The notes below the pieces were generated by a model that saw only the letters and a program-made list of their open reading frames with translations, was not told the origin of the DNA and did no database searches. Below are positions 1 to 9,393 of a stretch of 57,945 bases of DNA, piece after piece; the stretch's first letter is position 1; the number at the start of each line of letters is the position of its first letter. The DNA is from Euryarchaeota archaeon UBA602 (lineage in GTDB: Archaea; Thermoplasmatota; Poseidoniia; Poseidoniales; Thalassarchaeaceae), in assembly GCA_002498455.1 (NCBI GenBank), contig DAHO01000087.1, forward strand, positions 1 to 57,945. The letters are read 5' to 3'. A program made the translations under genes and the position numbers.

Positions 1-10
1 ACCAGGAACG

Positions 11-493
11 ATGAAAGGGCATATCATTCACGTGGGGGAGGATGGTGGCGTAATCCGCGGGGCTGACGGGGCAGAGTACAGTTTCGCGTTGCAGGACATA
101 CTCGCTAACCCCCATGGCAAATTCGGAAAATGGGCCGAGCTATGGGAGGTATCGTTCCTTACCAAGGGAGACAGAGCTACTCAGATCGTCATACGCAGAG
201 TCGGGGTTGGGGTATACAAGGTAGTCACACTGGATGGGAGTGAAAATGAGAAGAATCAAATCATAGCAGCCACATTGGCTTTGCTTCTCGGAGGGCTGGG
301 GGCGCATAAGTTCTACCTAGGGTACAACACCCAAGGCATAATTATGCTCCTTATGGGGACTCTGGGGTGGTTCTTCCTAGTGCCTCCATTCGCCTCCTTA
401 CTCATTGGATTCATTGAGGCTGTAATCTACTTCAGTAAGAACGAGCAGGAGTTCTACGACACATACGAGGCAAAACAGAGAACTTGGTTCTGA
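11..493 (+). CDS. TM2 (NINE) domain membrane protein with small N-terminal beta domain
   Basis: C-terminal KNQIIAATLALLLGGLGAHKFYLG is the TM2 signature, followed by further hydrophobic helices. Confidence 0.8.
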   Translation: MKGHIIHVGEDGGVIRGADGAEYSFALQDILANPHGKFGKWAELWEVSFLTKGDRATQIVIRRVGVGVYKVVTLDGSENEKNQIIAATLALLLGGLGAHKFYLGYNTQGIIMLLMGTLGWFFLVPPFASLLIGFIEAVIYFSKNEQEFYDTYEAKQRTWF

Positions 494-548
494 ACTACCC
501 ATTGCCCCGGTGCCCACTGCATTGGCATGGGTGTGGCACGACCCTCTA

Positions 549-597
549 CATCGCCTATACTTGATTCGAATTACAAGACCCGAATCAAATGGCGATG
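549..597. terminator. Imperfect hairpin between convergent genes, probable terminator
   Basis: CATCGCC/GGCGATG (549-555/591-597) and TTGATTCG/CGAATCAA (561-568/581-588) lie between the stops at 493 and 612. Confidence 0.4.
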
Positions 598-611
598 ATA
601 ATTACCGTACC

Positions 612-2180
612 CTATGATTCAAGGGCACTGTCCAATTTTTTCTTTCGCTCTTCCTGAGGAGCACCGACTTCTCTGAGCAATCGCTCTCGAAGCGCTTCAT
701 GCAACCACATACCTTCATTCAACTCAAGCAACAATCCACGCTCCACAAGTGCAGGGGGTGGGCTACCGTCGTATCCGCAAGCTTGAGCCAACACATCCCA
801 TGGAACGGGCAATTCTGAGACCGCCAACGTGGCCAATAATTCACGTTCATCTTCAGGGAGAACGTCGAGAATTTCTTCATCGAGGAATCGCAACCAATCT
901 CCATGTGTCACTTCACCATACATTTCCATTAATTCGATGGCAAGAGGATGGCCCCCAGTGACTTGGTGAATCACTGGAGCAGAAGGCAGATCACTCTCCT
1001 TGAGCTCTGCAATCCAATCATCTAGATCTTCGACAGACAATCCAGACAAAGCCAATTCACTCACACGCTCACGGGTGTGGACGTCTCGGCGATCATAGAA
1101 TGTCAGTGTGGTTCGACTAATCAAAAGCAGTTTCAATGGCGAAGCATCAGCAACCTGCAACAATGCACCTAGAAGATCCGCAGCTTCCTCAGAAATGTGG
1201 TGAACGTCGTCTAAGACCAATAGGAAGTATGGCGGAGGCCCCGGTTCATCATTGTCTGAAAAACGCTCGCGCAAAACAGTGGGGTCGGTCAGATACGATA
1301 AGAGCAAGCGCCTGTAAGCATCAATATCGAGTTTGGCACCGGGTGTTAATGGCAGGGTTTCCATCAATTGAACGGGGTCATGCGCCGCGTCAATTCCCAC
1401 CCTGTGAAGCAAAGAGGTGGCCAACCCCAGAGATGTGTCCCATGGTTGACACGGATACCAACAAATGGACAATTGCTCATCTACATCCATTCTCTGCTTC
1501 ATCCAGTGGGCTGCAAGTGTGGATTTTCCAATCCCCGCAATGCCGTGAACCAGCATACAGGATTGCTTTGAGTCAATCCAATCGTTGAGTACAGACAATT
1601 CTGTCGAACGACCATGTACATCGCGAGTTTCTGGAGGGGCCGTATGGTAGGTGGCATGGGCACCTGCACCGAGTGTGAGTCGCCCGGGAGCGGGTTTTCC
1701 TTCTTCATCTCGATTCTGAATCATTCCAAATCGAATGTCTCCAAAAGTCAAAACACCCTCGTGCTGAGCATGCATCAGAACTTGCAATAGGGTCAGGTCT
1801 GCAGCCAATCTCTTACTGGCTTGGGAGGCTGCAACCTCCAGTAATTGTCCATCTTCGTCACGAATCAAAACCTGTGTTTGACCCAAAATTTTGCTCCGTG
1901 ATTTGGCTTCAGCACGTCCCAAGTCTGTAAGCTGCCAAGTTTTCTGGCGGCGACTTTCGCCACGAACCGTTCGTGTATGCTCACTGACCCACTGATTTCT
2001 CAACATCGCTCGCATTGAACGACTGACATTTGGGGGGTGCATGGCACACGCTTCAGCAATGCCTGGACGGGTGACTGAAGCGCTGACCATGTAGTGATCG
2101 GCCTGATTATCTTGCTCAAGTAAATGCAGAATCAACCGGTCCTCGACCGCGATATGAACCCGGAGGTCGTTGCTCGGCAT
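612..2180 (-). CDS. Winged-helix plus STAND-class (NACHT/AAA_16-like) ATPase
   Basis: N-terminal wHTH (TRPGIAEACAMHPPNVSRSMRAM...WQLTDLG), Walker A GIAGIGKS, Walker B LLVLDD and GHPLA motif. Start moved to ATG 2180, which has an upstream GGGAGG and removes the overlap with the divergent gene. Confidence 0.8.
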   Translation of the reverse strand: MPSNDLRVHIAVEDRLILHLLEQDNQADHYMVSASVTRPGIAEACAMHPPNVSRSMRAMLRNQWVSEHTRTVRGESRRQKTWQLTDLGRAEAKSRSKILGQTQVLIRDEDGQLLEVAASQASKRLAADLTLLQVLMHAQHEGVLTFGDIRFGMIQNRDEEGKPAPGRLTLGAGAHATYHTAPPETRDVHGRSTELSVLNDWIDSKQSCMLVHGIAGIGKSTLAAHWMKQRMDVDEQLSICWYPCQPWDTSLGLATSLLHRVGIDAAHDPVQLMETLPLTPGAKLDIDAYRRLLLSYLTDPTVLRERFSDNDEPGPPPYFLLVLDDVHHISEEAADLLGALLQVADASPLKLLLISRTTLTFYDRRDVHTRERVSELALSGLSVEDLDDWIAELKESDLPSAPVIHQVTGGHPLAIELMEMYGEVTHGDWLRFLDEEILDVLPEDERELLATLAVSELPVPWDVLAQACGYDGSPPPALVERGLLLELNEGMWLHEALRERLLREVGAPQEERKKKLDSALES

Positions 2181-2298
2181 CAGTCCTCCCTCGGCCTCCC
2201 TGATGTTGAACTTCACCCCAAAAAGAGTCCTCGTGCGCGCGCTCGCGTGTGATGCAAGAAAACCGGAAGACCTTATTGTGAGAAATGTAGCGGGGGGC

Positions 2299-5200
2299 AT
2301 GGTGTCAAGGGGGCTGGTTTCGAACACTGCCTCGCTGCGCGCACTTCTTCTTGCTATCTTGATGGTGACAGGAACACTGTTTGTATCAAATGCAATGGCA
2401 GATGATACCGATGGTGATGGAACCGACGATTCTGCAGATGATTGTCCCGTAGCCTCTGGGAACAGTACGCTTGATCGTGCGGGGTGCCCTGACCGAGATG
2501 GCGATGGAACCAGCGATTTGAATGACCCCTGGGTGTTGTCCAATGGTGGATACCAACAGGATCAGTATGATTCATCCAGTGACGATTACTCCATGGTCCG
2601 ATTCAGTGATGATGCAACACAATATGCAACATTTGAAGAAACTGGAGGCTGGGGTGGTGGGAACACTTACCTGCGAATTTGGGACACTGCTTCACGACAG
2701 AATCTCAGAACCATCCAAAGTGGTGGGGGTTCAGAGGAGATTGACTGGTCGCCAGACGGTCAATTTGTCGCCTTGCTAACCAGTGGGAATGATGTGAAAA
2801 TCTACTACGCGAGCAATGGTTCAATGTATGACGAGTTTGAAGCCAATGGGGAGACTGCTGGAGGATTAGAATACAGTCCCGATGGGACTATGATTGCGGT
2901 CACTGGATACCGAGATGGGAACAATGGCGATGGGCAAATCGAAATCTTCAACGCCATGACCGGTCAATTACTCGAGACACTGAATCCGGGTAGTACGGTT
3001 TACTACTACTCTGTTGGCTGGAGCCCGGATGGAAACCGATTGGTTGTGGGTGGTTACGAAGCCATCTACATCTACGATGTTGATCCTTGGAATTTGAATC
3101 GAACCATTTCGAACGCGTTCAGTTATCTGAACGCGGTGGCCTATTCTCCGGATGGAAACATGATTGCAGGTTGTTCGGGCTGGGGTGGAAGCAATGCTCG
3201 AGCTCGTATTTACAATGCAATGACTGGAGCCGAAATGTGGTCTTACACGACTTCGACTTCTTGCCTAGATATTGCGTGGTCTCCTGACTCTTCGCAAGTG
3301 GCTTTCTCACACTCATACTATCAGGGAGATGGAGCCAGTATCAACATCTTCTATGCTACCACAGGTGTGCAAGTCGATACGCTATCAGGACCAAGACCGG
3401 GTGGATGTTCAAGTGGTGGTGGGAGTAACAATTGCGGTCAGGTGAATGGCCTAGATTGGCACCCAGATGGGAATTACATCATTTCTGCTCATGGGCGAAA
3501 CGATGAGGGGGTATACCATTGGTTGGTCGATCCCGATATTGATGGCGATGGCTATCTGAACCCGGATGATGCGTTCCCCGAAGATGGAACACAATGGAAT
3601 GATACGGACGGAGACAATTACGGAGACAACCCTGCCCCTGCAACCGAACCTGATGCCTGTCCGAACGTGTTTGGTACATCATACATGGATGTCTATGGTT
3701 GTCCAGATGCTGATGGAGATGGGTACTCTGATGATGGAGATGCATTTGATGCGGATCCCTATCAGTGGGCCGACAATGATGGCGATGGTTATCCATCCAA
3801 TATCAACGACCCGCGACAGCCAAACCCATACGGCAGTGTCGATCACTTCGATGAAAATCCAACTCAATGGGCGGACTCAGATTTAGACGGCTATGGTGAC
3901 AACTATGGCAACGCTACTTGGACAAATGTCCGGCCCTCTGAATGGCCAGGTCAATGGCTTTCAATGACACCGATTCAGTTGGCAGATGTCGATACTTTCC
4001 CGCTTAATTCCGAACAATGGAACGATACCGATGGTGATTGGTATGGTGATGAACCGTTCAGCCAAAATTCTGCTTGGGATGGTTGTCCACTTGCATGGGG
4101 CAATTCTGTTTGGGATCGCATTGGTTGTCCTGACACTGATGGAGATGGTTGGTCGGATCCCGGCAATGCCGGTGAAGGTGAAGGTCAGGCAAGTCCAGCT
4201 GGTGATGCGGATGCATTCATCAACGATCCAACCCAATGGCATGACTCAGATGGGGATGGATTTGGTGACAACAAGTCTGGCAACATGGGCGACGAGTGTC
4301 CCGGTGAAGCAGGCTCCAGTATGAAGGCCATCGAATGGAATGAATCTGCGCAGACTTACGATGATAAGCCATGGTTTGGTTGTGCAGATAACGATGGGGA
4401 TGGATACGCAAACGCCGGTGAAGCCTTCCCCAACGACCCAACTCAATGGTCAGACTCGGATGGAGATGGATTTGATCGAAACAATGCTGAGTCCTCCTGT
4501 GGAGACAATCCGAACGGTAACAATCCCGACTTGTTCCCAACAGATAGCGCCCAATGTGGCGATCGAGACGGGGATGGTTATGGAGACAACCCCAGCGGTG
4601 AAAACGGAGATTGGTTCCCGGACGACCCGACCCAGTGGTGGGATGAAGATGGGGACGGATTTGGTGACAACCCAGATGGAAACAACTACGATATCTGCCC
4701 AATGATGTACGGAACGACAAACACCGACGAGGCTAGAGGTTGTCCTGACAGTGACCAAGATGGAACCCCAGATCCGCAAGATGCCTTCCCTGACGACCCC
4801 TTCCAAGACACCGATACCGATGGGGATGGATATGGCGATAGTCAACTGACCGTCGATGGAGACGATTGTCCTGATTGGCCTGGGACCTCAACTCAAGGAA
4901 ATGTGTACGGATGCACCGATACGGATGGAGATGGTTGGGCTGATTCAATCGATATCTTCCCCAATGATGGAACCCAATGGGCTGACTCGGACGGAGACGG
5001 TTATGGTGACAATTACACCTACACAAATGTGACCGGAGAAACCCTTTCTGATGATACCTACCGATGGTCTTGCGATATTGACCCAGGCTTGATTCAAACC
5101 CGAGTTCAAAATGGCGATGCTTTCCCAGATGAGCCGACGCAATGGAGTGATGTCGATGGAGACGGTTACGGTGACAATTACAAGGACAATTCAACCGTCA

Positions 5201-5835
5201 GATTGGATTGCTGGCCAGGAGAATTGGTCGAAAATGCGCGAAACAATGATGCATTCCCCTTGAGATTTACTCAGAATAAAGATGCAGATCGAGATGGTTA
5301 TGGTGACAACAGTACAGGTTTAGCATTCCAGCCAGATCTTTGCAAGAGTGTTCAAGGATTCTCATATGAAGACAAGTTCGGGTGCTTGGACAGCGATTCA
5401 GACGGTTGGTCGGATACAGCAGATGCCTGTCCATACGACCCCGATGTTCACTTGATTGGAGATCGTTGCACAGTCACTGAGCCTGAATCTGAAGGTTCGC
5501 AGGCCGAAGAGGAAGACAGTTCGTCGTTGATTCTGTACATTATGGTTGGAGCGATTGCTCTGATGTTGGCACTCATTTTCGTTGCTTTAGTCGCCAAACA
5601 AATGGGGGCACGCAAACGTTTGTCAGAAATCAAAAATTTGCAAGCACAAGAAATGGCATTCAATAACGAAGAACAAGAACGAAGGCAAAAGTGGATTGAG
5701 CATTATTTGGCGACAGGACAAATCGAGAAAGCGAAAGAGCTCGGTTATGTTGAGAAAGCCGAATGGCAGGTTCACATGGAGCAACAAGAGGCGGAAAAGA
5801 ATGCGCTCCCAGAATTCGGGGACTTGCTAGGTTAA
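2299..5835 (+). CDS. Membrane-anchored surface protein with WD40 beta-propeller and thrombospondin type-3 (Ca-binding) repeats
   Basis: Signal peptide, repeated WSPDG/YSPDG blades, many DAFPxDxTQWxDxDGDGYGDN repeats and a C-terminal TM helix. Start moved to ATG 2299. Confidence 0.85.
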   Translation: MVSRGLVSNTASLRALLLAILMVTGTLFVSNAMADDTDGDGTDDSADDCPVASGNSTLDRAGCPDRDGDGTSDLNDPWVLSNGGYQQDQYDSSSDDYSMVRFSDDATQYATFEETGGWGGGNTYLRIWDTASRQNLRTIQSGGGSEEIDWSPDGQFVALLTSGNDVKIYYASNGSMYDEFEANGETAGGLEYSPDGTMIAVTGYRDGNNGDGQIEIFNAMTGQLLETLNPGSTVYYYSVGWSPDGNRLVVGGYEAIYIYDVDPWNLNRTISNAFSYLNAVAYSPDGNMIAGCSGWGGSNARARIYNAMTGAEMWSYTTSTSCLDIAWSPDSSQVAFSHSYYQGDGASINIFYATTGVQVDTLSGPRPGGCSSGGGSNNCGQVNGLDWHPDGNYIISAHGRNDEGVYHWLVDPDIDGDGYLNPDDAFPEDGTQWNDTDGDNYGDNPAPATEPDACPNVFGTSYMDVYGCPDADGDGYSDDGDAFDADPYQWADNDGDGYPSNINDPRQPNPYGSVDHFDENPTQWADSDLDGYGDNYGNATWTNVRPSEWPGQWLSMTPIQLADVDTFPLNSEQWNDTDGDWYGDEPFSQNSAWDGCPLAWGNSVWDRIGCPDTDGDGWSDPGNAGEGEGQASPAGDADAFINDPTQWHDSDGDGFGDNKSGNMGDECPGEAGSSMKAIEWNESAQTYDDKPWFGCADNDGDGYANAGEAFPNDPTQWSDSDGDGFDRNNAESSCGDNPNGNNPDLFPTDSAQCGDRDGDGYGDNPSGENGDWFPDDPTQWWDEDGDGFGDNPDGNNYDICPMMYGTTNTDEARGCPDSDQDGTPDPQDAFPDDPFQDTDTDGDGYGDSQLTVDGDDCPDWPGTSTQGNVYGCTDTDGDGWADSIDIFPNDGTQWADSDGDGYGDNYTYTNVTGETLSDDTYRWSCDIDPGLIQTRVQNGDAFPDEPTQWSDVDGDGYGDNYKDNSTVRLDCWPGELVENARNNDAFPLRFTQNKDADRDGYGDNSTGLAFQPDLCKSVQGFSYEDKFGCLDSDSDGWSDTADACPYDPDVHLIGDRCTVTEPESEGSQAEEEDSSSLILYIMVGAIALMLALIFVALVAKQMGARKRLSEIKNLQAQEMAFNNEEQERRQKWIEHYLATGQIEKAKELGYVEKAEWQVHMEQQEAEKNALPEFGDLLG

Positions 5836-6587
5836 GCCGCCAAGTCGTCGTCAAATCGATTGAAGGAAAGTGCATCAAACGACTCAATATTCGGAGCGTT
5901 TAGCGACAAATTGTGCGTGAGTGCCTGTTCGATCGTGACCCAATCAGGCGTACTTCCATCAATCCAATCGTATCGATGTCCGGGTATTAGACGCCAATCA
6001 TTGGGTAGAGTTTGCAAAATCGATTTTGCAAAGGCAAGACTTCGCCACTGAGCTGAAGGGTTGGACCCGGGTAAATCGACTCGTCCCGAGCGCATCGTAA
6101 ACAAAAGATCCCCAGCAACATAAACACCGTGTCCGTGGAAGGTCACATGGCCAGGAGCATGCCCGGGTGAATGAATGACGGAAAGTTCGATTGAACCACG
6201 TCTCCAAGTTTCAATGACATTGGGGGCATGATTCCAAACATGTGTAAAATCGGTTCTTCGGAAAATAATCCTTCCAAAGAGACTCGGAGATACTGATTCT
6301 TCGTGGCCCCAAACTTCGATATTCGGAAAGGCATTACGTATCGCTTTGACCCCCGGAGTATGGTCTCGATGAGTGTGAGTAAGTAGGATGTGAGTTGGCG
6401 TCAAGTTTTCGTCACGCAAGGCCGCAATCCATCCTTCACCATCAAACGGATCCACAATGGCAACAATTTGATTTTCTCGGTCGATAAAGGCGGTGTTCAT
6501 GTTGGCCCAGGAACCCATTTGAGTGACCCAAATTTCGACTTGGGGGTCGATTTTTGATTTATGGAATTCACCTTCCTTTAGGCCCAT
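5832..6587 (-). CDS. Metallo-beta-lactamase-fold hydrolase (glyoxalase II-like)
   Basis: THTHRDH, SPGHAPGH, AGDLLF, GRVDLPG and PGH motifs. Confidence 0.85.
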   Translation of the reverse strand: MGLKEGEFHKSKIDPQVEIWVTQMGSWANMNTAFIDRENQIVAIVDPFDGEGWIAALRDENLTPTHILLTHTHRDHTPGVKAIRNAFPNIEVWGHEESVSPSLFGRIIFRRTDFTHVWNHAPNVIETWRRGSIELSVIHSPGHAPGHVTFHGHGVYVAGDLLFTMRSGRVDLPGSNPSAQWRSLAFAKSILQTLPNDWRLIPGHRYDWIDGSTPDWVTIEQALTHNLSLNAPNIESFDALSFNRFDDDLAA

Positions 6588-6699
6588 GAACTCCGATTGG
6601 GACGAGGTGAATCAATCGTTCGGCTACTCATTGGCCCCCCTTAGGGGGTGCCAATGGTTTCAAACGGGAGGAGCATGCTGCCGTATTGAGGCGGAGGCT

Positions 6700-9306
6700 G
6701 TGTCAGGCGAGGTGAGTTTCAAGTCGGCCCCATTGGTTGGTCTCCTACTCGTGATGATTCTCGCACCATTGGCCAGTGCAGACCCATACGAAGCCGATCT
6801 TGAGTTGCGTGTCGACATCACTGAGCCGGTCAATGGCTTGTATTATTCCGATTCATCAGAATTAGAGGTGACCATTCGAATCAAAAATCATGCCAATCAG
6901 GCTCGGGAATTGGTGTACAACCCTGCCTGTCCTTTCGATTTGGTAATTTCAAGCGATGCTTGGAGAATGGATCTTGATGAAGAAAGAGTATGTCCTGAGC
7001 AGAGTAGAGCGATGGCCATTCAACCAGGCCAAGAGCGAATCTTATCGACATGGAATTGGGATTGGGGCAATGCACCCAGCGGAGATTTACAATTCGCATT
7101 CAGTCAGGCCGAAGCCGAACTTCAATCTCTGGAACATCTTACCTTGCAGCGCAGCGTTGCAATGCCTGAAAATCTCCGATTGAATGCCATTCTTGCAGAA
7201 ACTTTGGGTGATCAGGTCGGCCATACCGCTTCAATGCCTGCAATGATTTACCTTTCATTGGATAATGTCGGGAATGATATGATCACACTACCGTTTGATT
7301 CACAATGCCGCGTTCAAACCGTTTTGCTGACCGATTTGTCTTGCGGAACTGGAGATATCAGTGCAGGCGAACATATGGCCCTCGGATGGATTTCTTGGGA
7401 CTTTGACGGTGCAGAAGATGGTGATGTTACCGTTCCGATTTCCCTTGCAGGTGTAATTGGGTCGGATACAAGTATCGAAACCACATACATGCATGCCCCC
7501 ACCGATGATTTCCCTCAATTGATTCCTAGTGTGACCATCGACAACAACGAGGCACTCGAATGGTACTTTACCCTCGACAATACGGCTGATGTACCCGCCA
7601 AATTGGTATTCGAAGACGCTTGCATTGCGGAAGCACATGTTCTCGCACCAAATGGAGAAATCGTCTATGATTCACGAGGAACAAGATTTTGTCCAGATAC
7701 CGGATTTGAACAAAAGATTGGTCCACAAACAACCTTCAACGTCGTCTCTGAGCAATGGGACTTCATCGGTTCCAATGGATGTGAAATTGGCGATGGTATG
7801 CACCTATTGGTTGTCACCCAGCCGGATCACGATATCGTAGCCATGCAGTCCTTTGAATACGAAAATAGCGGAGATCATCCCGCCTGCGGAATTGATGAAC
7901 AAGATCAATCATCACTCCAGTTAAGAGTTGATAATTTAGCGGTTTTCGATGCAGATGGTCCGAATGAAAGGATTGCCTTCCAAATGACGATTGCAAATAC
8001 TGGCATGGATGGATTTGACTTCTACTGGCCCACAGATTGTGCCTTGAAACTTGAACTGTCCTTGGTTGGGGAAGCGCCTGAAAGAATCTGGTACGAAGGT
8101 TGTGACGCCCTCGGTGGCCAACGCTCGACCATCGATTCACTGCAAAGCTACACTTGGCCAACCATGACGGTTCCATTCGCAGAGAATGGCCAAGAAGTGG
8201 CACATGGAAACTGGCAGATTACAATCGAAACCACTTCTCTACCAACCTTCAGGGCCCAATTGGCCCACAGTTACGATGGTCTGTACTTGCGAGAAGTTGT
8301 CAGTGAAGAAATTGAGGAGGAAACTACTCAAGAGGTTGAACAGCCAACTGAAGACGTTATCGAACCTCTCGTGATTGATGGAGACTGGAATTATGTCACA
8401 ACCTCTGCACAGGGTTGCTGGCTACTCACGGATTCAAGTGGTTCTGAACACAGTTTTGTGGCGCACATGCAAGACGGTGGATGGATGCCACAACCAGGTC
8501 TCAGTGGAAGTTACCTTGTAGAATCAAGTAAATCTTCAGGATCATGTTCAATTTGGTCTGGTATCATCATCTTACAAACACTAGATGAAACTGAAACTGT
8601 ACCTCAAATCAATACCCCCATTCAACCAACCGTACCGAAAACAACCCCCGTTGATGAAATTGTAGAATTGGCGCCAGCTACTGTCTCGGTTGTTGCGACG
8701 ACTTCACTTTCGATTATGGGATTGCTATACTTGGGTAACACCGAATGGATTCGAATCCCTGCACTACAAGTCGGCATCGGATTGGTTGGTATGGTGCGAA
8801 GAAATGGTGAGCACGATGGTGAATATCAACGTGGTCGAATCATGGGTTACCTAACAGCCAATCCCGGCGTTCACTTCCGGGCTCTACTCGGTGCACTCAG
8901 TATGAGCAATGGTCAACTCACTCATCATCTCAAACACCTGGAAAGTGAAGAAAGAATCTGGCGTAGAAAAGACGGTCGTCTAGTCCGATTCTATCCGTCA
9001 ACCATTCAATCAAATCTTGATGAAGAGGATTTGCCGGTTCCATTGTTGACACCTGATCCAAACAGCCTGCAGGGTAAGATTCTGCGACTCTTAGACGCGA
9101 CCGAGAATGACATCGTGAATCTAAGTCAGAAGGAACTCGCGATTCGTTTGGAGGCCAGCCAGCAATTGATTAGTCATCACCTGCGTACATTGGAAAAGTT
9201 TGGGTTGGTCGAAAGAGAAAAGGTTGGCATGCGATATCGATACCAACTCACTCGAGAAGCAATCTTTTTGCTGAACAGCAATGAATACGACATATCCACC
9301 GAATGA
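6700..9306 (+). CDS. Membrane-spanning transcriptional regulator: large extracellular region, TM helix and two C-terminal winged-helix domains
   Basis: Signal peptide, four NxxxxxxxL/FxF/Y/WxxxC repeats, TM segment, then YQRGRIMGYLTANPGVHFRAL...GQLTHHLKHLE and LSQKELAIRLEASQQLISHHLRTLEKFGLV. GTG 6700 follows GGAGG. Confidence 0.75.
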   Translation: MSGEVSFKSAPLVGLLLVMILAPLASADPYEADLELRVDITEPVNGLYYSDSSELEVTIRIKNHANQARELVYNPACPFDLVISSDAWRMDLDEERVCPEQSRAMAIQPGQERILSTWNWDWGNAPSGDLQFAFSQAEAELQSLEHLTLQRSVAMPENLRLNAILAETLGDQVGHTASMPAMIYLSLDNVGNDMITLPFDSQCRVQTVLLTDLSCGTGDISAGEHMALGWISWDFDGAEDGDVTVPISLAGVIGSDTSIETTYMHAPTDDFPQLIPSVTIDNNEALEWYFTLDNTADVPAKLVFEDACIAEAHVLAPNGEIVYDSRGTRFCPDTGFEQKIGPQTTFNVVSEQWDFIGSNGCEIGDGMHLLVVTQPDHDIVAMQSFEYENSGDHPACGIDEQDQSSLQLRVDNLAVFDADGPNERIAFQMTIANTGMDGFDFYWPTDCALKLELSLVGEAPERIWYEGCDALGGQRSTIDSLQSYTWPTMTVPFAENGQEVAHGNWQITIETTSLPTFRAQLAHSYDGLYLREVVSEEIEEETTQEVEQPTEDVIEPLVIDGDWNYVTTSAQGCWLLTDSSGSEHSFVAHMQDGGWMPQPGLSGSYLVESSKSSGSCSIWSGIIILQTLDETETVPQINTPIQPTVPKTTPVDEIVELAPATVSVVATTSLSIMGLLYLGNTEWIRIPALQVGIGLVGMVRRNGEHDGEYQRGRIMGYLTANPGVHFRALLGALSMSNGQLTHHLKHLESEERIWRRKDGRLVRFYPSTIQSNLDEEDLPVPLLTPDPNSLQGKILRLLDATENDIVNLSQKELAIRLEASQQLISHHLRTLEKFGLVEREKVGMRYRYQLTREAIFLLNSNEYDISTE

Positions 9307-9393
9307 GGTGAACTGTTGCGGTTCATTCAAGAATACCCCTGAATTGGCGAAGCGTGCACCGTAGGTGCACGTACACGCATGAGGGACGCTGTG

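Noticed and set aside
2170-2543. Apparent 370-bp overlap of the two long divergent ORFs
   Set aside because: This is an artefact of longest-ORF calling. Plausible starts at 2180 (minus) and 2299 (plus) leave a normal intergenic gap.
3479-5194. Antisense and alternate-frame ORFs over the TSP3 repeats
   Set aside because: Shadow ORFs produced by repetitive Asp/Gly codons; no independent evidence.
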